Source: an uncultured Alphaproteobacteria bacterium (GTDB lineage Bacteria > Pseudomonadota > Alphaproteobacteria > UBA8366). Taken from it: a stretch of DNA of 64,000 nt. Location: positions 80,879-144,878 of the forward strand of contig CAVQDH010000006.1 in assembly GCA_963711215.1 (NCBI GenBank), in the 5' to 3' direction. This document shows, piece after piece, positions 59,212 to 64,000 of this stretch (position 1 is its first letter; each line of letters starts with the position of its first letter). The translations under genes were made by a program, and so were the position numbers. The notes below the pieces were generated by a model. It saw only the letters and a list, made by a program, of their open reading frames with translations, did not search any database and was not told the DNA's origin.

Positions 59212-59487
59212 ATGAAACGTTTTCTGATCGAACGCGATATCCCCGGCGTAGGCGGCATGAACGGCGAGCAGCTCAAGCAGGCCGCCGCGACGTCGAACGA
59301 GGCCCTCGCGCAGCTCAAGGGCAAGGCGCAGTGGGTGGAATCCTTCGTCGCCGACGACAAGACCTTCTGCGTCTATCTCGCCGAGGACGAGGCCGCCGTT
59401 CACGAGCACGCGCGGCTGAGCGGCTTTCCGGCCAGCAAGGTCACCGAGGTGCGTGGCCGCATCGATCCCCTGACCGGCGCAAAATGA
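59212..59487 (+). CDS. DUF4242 domain protein
   Basis: MKRFLIERDIPG...WVESFVADDKTFCVY pattern. AGGAG RBS. ATG 59212. Confidence 0.65.
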   Translation: MKRFLIERDIPGVGGMNGEQLKQAAATSNEALAQLKGKAQWVESFVADDKTFCVYLAEDEAAVHEHARLSGFPASKVTEVRGRIDPLTGAK

Positions 59488-59598
59488 CGGGCGAGAAATG
59501 ATCGGCGTTGCCGCCGCCCGGCGGAATGTATCCGTCGGGCGGCGCGCCGCAACGGAAGGGCGAGACAACGAATGCCGCCGGCGAAGGCAGGCATCGCC

Positions 59599-60631
59599 AT
59601 GCTGAATGTCACCGTGCTTCTGCTCGACGACAATTTCGCATCGACGGCGCTCGGGCCGATCGAGGTGTTTCATGCGGCCGGTCTGCTATGGAACCAGCTC
59701 ACGGGCGTCGAGGCGCAGCCGCGATTTCGCGTGACCGTCGCGTCGGTCGATGGCGCCGGCGTGACGAGCCCCTATGCCGTCGCTTGTCGCCTCAGGCCGC
59801 GATCAGCCGACATCGAGCATGCGGACCTCATCGTCGTGCCTGCCTCCGGGCTCGACTTCGACAATCAGTTCGCCCGCAACGCGGCGCTCCTGCCGTGGCT
59901 GCGGGAATGGTACGGCAAGGGCGCCCACATCGCGGGCATCTGCTCCGGCGCGGCCTTTCTGGCGGAAGCGGGCTTGCTGGACGGGCGGCAGGCAACGACG
60001 CATTGGGCCGTCGCCCGAGGAGCTTGCGCGCCGCTATCCGCAGGTGGACTGGCGGCCCGACATGTTCATCACGGAAGACGAGCGGCTCCTGTGCAGCGGT
60101 GGCGTCTATTCCGCGATCGATCTCAGCATCTATCTCGTCGAGAAGTTCTGCGGCCACGAAATCGCGGTGAACTGCGCGAAGTCGCTGCTCGTCAACATGC
60201 CGCGGTCGCACCAGTCGGGCTATGCGGTGCTGCCGCTGTCCCGGCCGCACACGGATGAGCGGATCCGCGCGGTCGAGGCCTTCATCGACGAAAACTACGC
60301 GCAGGACCTGTCGTCCGAGGCGCTGGCCGCCCGCGCGAACATGAGCCCGCGCAACTTCATCCGCCGCTTCAAGGCCGCGACCGGCCGCCTTCCCGGCAAC
60401 TACCTGCAGACGCTGCGGATCACGGTGGCGAAGCGGATGCTGGAAGAGGGCGACCGCAACGTGCAATCCGTCAGCCTGGCGGTCGGCTACGGGGATCTCG
60501 CTTTCTTCCGCTCGCTCTTCCGGCGCTACACCGGCATGACGCCGGGGGAATATCGCAGCCGGTTCGGCCGCGCCGCCGAGGCGGCCTTTACCGATCCCTC
60601 CAGGCGGGCGCGCGGGCCAGGCGCCGCCTGA
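59599..60631 (+). pseudogene. GlxA-type AraC family regulator (DJ-1/PfpI domain + HTH), frameshifted as sequenced
   Basis: DJ-1-like domain (GICSGAAFLAEAGLLDGRQATTHWAVA) is in the first frame. EELARRYPQVDW... and the AraC HTH are in a second frame. Junction near 60014-60017 (GCCC run). Confidence 0.8.
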
Positions 60632-60645
60632 GCGCGGGTCGGTGC

Positions 60646-61119
60646 TCACGCCAGCGCCTTCTCCATCACGAAATTGGGGATCGGGACGCCGCCGCGCGAG
60701 ACGGTCTGCGCTTTCACCACGCGCCAGCCCTGGCGCTCGAAGAAGGCGCGGGCGAGATGGCTTGCTTCCGCGTGAAGCCGCGTGAGGCCGAGGCGAGCCG
60801 CTTCTTCCAAGATCGCATCATAGAGCGCCTTGGCGACGCCTTGGCCGATGACATCGGGCGCGACATAGGCGAGGTCGATGCATCCGTCGGCCGTCAAGGT
60901 CATGAAGCCGACGACGCTGCCGTTCCGCTCCGCGACGAACACGGTCTGGGACGCAAGCCGCGCGCGCCAGCCGGCCAGCGCGGGCGGCGACGGCGCCCAG
61001 GCGCGCCGTTGCGCTTCATCGTAGAAGCCTTGCGTTCCGCGGCGCACGGACTCGAAGAAGACCTGCGCGGTGGCGGCGGCATCGTCGTCCCGGAAGCGGC
61101 GTATGCGCGTCGTCGTCAT
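60646..61119 (-). CDS. GNAT family N-acetyltransferase
   Basis: IRRFRDDD start and an acetyl-CoA-binding QGVAKALY motif. ATG 61119 is preferred. Confidence 0.75.
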   Translation of the reverse strand: MTTTRIRRFRDDDAAATAQVFFESVRRGTQGFYDEAQRRAWAPSPPALAGWRARLASQTVFVAERNGSVVGFMTLTADGCIDLAYVAPDVIGQGVAKALYDAILEEAARLGLTRLHAEASHLARAFFERQGWRVVKAQTVSRGGVPIPNFVMEKALA

Positions 61120-61150
61120 GGCGTCCGGTATCGCTGCGGGACCGCCGGCC

Positions 61151-62344
61151 CTAGTCCGCCGCATCCATCTTCCCGCCGGCGAGGAAGGAGAGCGCGAAGG
61201 TGAGCGTGATCGCGGCGACGAAGAGGAAGCCCGCGGCGCTGTTGCCGGTCAAGCTGTTCAAAGCGCTGAACGCGCCCGGGCCGATCACCGCGGCGAAGAA
61301 GGTGATCGACATGCTGCCGGCCGTCGCGTCGGCCACGCGATCCTTGGGCGCGAGATGCGCCACTTCCGCGAGATAGACGCCTTGCCAGGCGGTGGCGCTG
61401 GAGCCGAAACCAATCGCCAGCGCGACAATGCCGGCATAGGGCCAGGCGGGTCCGAGCATCGACGCCATGATTGCGGAGGCCGACATGCCGAGCCCGAGCG
61501 CGGCCAGCACGTAGCGCGGCGGGAAGCGGTCCGCGGCCCAGCCCCAGAGCATGCGCGCGAAGACGCTGACGACCAGCCCGCTCGAGAAGGCCGAGCCCAC
61601 CGCCACCAGGCTCAGGCCGGTGCGCTCGACCGTGAAGGTGACGAACAGCGACATGAAGCAGAACTGCATCGCCGCGAAGGCGCCCGACGTGGCGGCCAGG
61701 CGGCGCAGGCCGCGATGGCGCAGGACGAGGCCGAGCGCGGTGACGATGCCGCCCGCGATGAGCGGCGCGTGGGGCGAACGGTCGGCGTCCATCTGGCGCC
61801 GCAAGGGCTGCAGCGCGAGCGTCAGCGCGACGCAGACCGCGAAGGCGGCGAGCGCGGCGCCCTGCCAGCCGAAATGCGCGTCGATGAGCGGCAGCGAGAA
61901 GCCGCCGAGCGCGCTGCCGATCGGGATGCTGGTCTGCTTGATCGAGAAGATGCGGCCGCGCAGGTGATCCGGCGTGACCCGCGCCAGCAGGTGCGAGCTC
62001 GCCGGGTTGGCGGGGCCGTAGGCGAAGCCCATCAGGATCGCGCTCGCGACCAGGAAGGGCAGCGCGATGCCCGTGACCACCGCGAGCGGCAGGGCGGCGA
62101 GGCCGAGCCCGCCGAAGACCAGCGTCATCTGGCTGACCCGCATCGCGCCGAAGCGGCGCACGAAACCGGCCGTGATCACCGTCGAGCCCATCGCGCCGAC
62201 CAGCATCACCGTGGTGTAGTAGCCGATCATGCCCGCCGGCACGCCGAGCGATGCCGCCGCCTTCGGCGCGACGACGGGGAGGGTGAAGGCGGCCAGCGCG
62301 ACACTCGCCTGGCTGGCCAGCATGGCGAACAGAACTCGATACAT
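61151..62344 (-). CDS. MFS transporter
   Basis: 397 aa with about 12 hydrophobic segments. Confidence 0.8.
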   Translation of the reverse strand: MYRVLFAMLASQASVALAAFTLPVVAPKAAASLGVPAGMIGYYTTVMLVGAMGSTVITAGFVRRFGAMRVSQMTLVFGGLGLAALPLAVVTGIALPFLVASAILMGFAYGPANPASSHLLARVTPDHLRGRIFSIKQTSIPIGSALGGFSLPLIDAHFGWQGAALAAFAVCVALTLALQPLRRQMDADRSPHAPLIAGGIVTALGLVLRHRGLRRLAATSGAFAAMQFCFMSLFVTFTVERTGLSLVAVGSAFSSGLVVSVFARMLWGWAADRFPPRYVLAALGLGMSASAIMASMLGPAWPYAGIVALAIGFGSSATAWQGVYLAEVAHLAPKDRVADATAGSMSITFFAAVIGPGAFSALNSLTGNSAAGFLFVAAITLTFALSFLAGGKMDAAD

Positions 62345-62429
62345 GGGACGGGAGATTAGAGGAAATCAGGGCGCGCGGTAATGCGCCGCGAAACGGCGAG
62401 GCGGGGAAGGCCCAAAGGCCCGTTCGTGG

Positions 62430-62452
62430 ATGCCACGCATAAAGCGTGGCAT
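62430..62452. repeat. hairpin ATGCCACGC-ATAAA-GCGTGGCAT
   Basis: Perfect 9-bp stem. Shares the CCACG-N-ATAAA/TTTAT-N-CGTGG core with the hairpin at 62487-62507. Confidence 0.5.
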
Positions 62453-62486
62453 GACGTTTCCTATTGAACATAAATAACGAGCGTCA

Positions 62487-62507
62487 CCCCACGGTTTATC
62501 CGTGGGG
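62487..62507. repeat. hairpin CCCCACGG-TTTAT-CCGTGGGG
   Basis: Perfect 8-bp stem. Related to the hairpin at 62430-62452 in the opposite loop orientation. Confidence 0.5.
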
Positions 62508-62605
62508 TCCATGCGTACATTGCCGACGCGCTGAGTACCGTGGAGCGTCGAGACGATTGTGGCGGTTGGTATCTCTTGCCGTCGCCATGACAATCCCCCC
62601 TCACA

Positions 62606-62634
62606 CCAAAACGGAGGCGCTTTGCTGCGCCCCC
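62606..62634 (-). terminator. Rho-independent terminator downstream of thiC
   Basis: On the minus strand: GGGGGCGC-AGCAAA-GCGCCTCC followed by GTTTTGG. Confidence 0.65.
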
Positions 62635-62739
62635 GCTTGGTTGCCCTGTAAGGCACGGTGCTCCGGTCTTTGCCGGATCAGTGTGGATACCGTGACATCG
62701 TAGCAGACATTCTCCGAGTCCCGGAAATCCGGCGTTCGC

Positions 62740-64000
<1,261 letters not shown>

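Noticed and set aside
62366-62656. 96-aa minus-strand ORF in the thiC/MFS spacer.
   Set aside because: It has poor codon bias and no RBS, and it spans the hairpins and the terminator. It is probably non-coding.

Overview
High-GC alphaproteobacterial chromosomal window. The Rhizobiales-like assignment is inferred only from protein families and codon style. I read about 66 protein-coding genes and found no rRNA, tRNA, CRISPR array, IS element, transposase, integrase or phage gene. Content is metabolic and housekeeping: NodB-type deacetylase, SDR and alpha/beta hydrolase; a GntR/CoA-transferase/biotin-carboxylase cluster (2.7-9.5 kb); folB-folP-folK; acyl-CoA dehydrogenase and FAD-linked oxidase; rhodanese; a divergent DEAD-box helicase/cspA pair; Sua5/TsaC; an orphan ParA; tartrate dehydrogenase and MaoC; a block of uncharacterised genes (25.9-29 kb); FAD monooxygenase; two Gfo/Idh/MocA oxidoreductases; an OtnK/OtnC-like kinase-aldolase-enolase operon; SemiSWEET; GSTs; TauD; IorAB-type molybdoenzyme; two MBL hydrolases; an RpiR/TAXI-TRAP/AtuA/DUF4387 operon; class III aminotransferase; Crp; beta carbonic anhydrase; S1C protease; GlxA/AraC; GNAT; MFS; and the 3' part of thiC. 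I see no canonical defence or mobile system. The most system-like candidates for novelty are: (i) a four-component biotin carboxylase with two divergent carboxyltransferase subunits coupled to a family III CoA-transferase; (ii) an operon of a tandem-duplicated unknown protein, a VOC-like unknown protein and a secreted HExxH protein, next to NIPSNAP; (iii) a non-canonical OtnK/OtnC plus enolase-superfamily cluster; (iv) the AtuA/DUF4387/TAXI-TRAP operon. The most striking directly visible feature is about 25 reading-frame disruptions plus one in-frame TGA, affecting about 15 genes. They cluster at roughly 22.2-23.2 kb, 45.7-48.8 kb and 52.0-53.8 kb, while long stretches are clean. Most look like homopolymer-length changes, so draft-assembly indel error is at least as likely as real pseudogenisation. 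All similarity statements come from my own reading of the translated ORFs. No database search was run.
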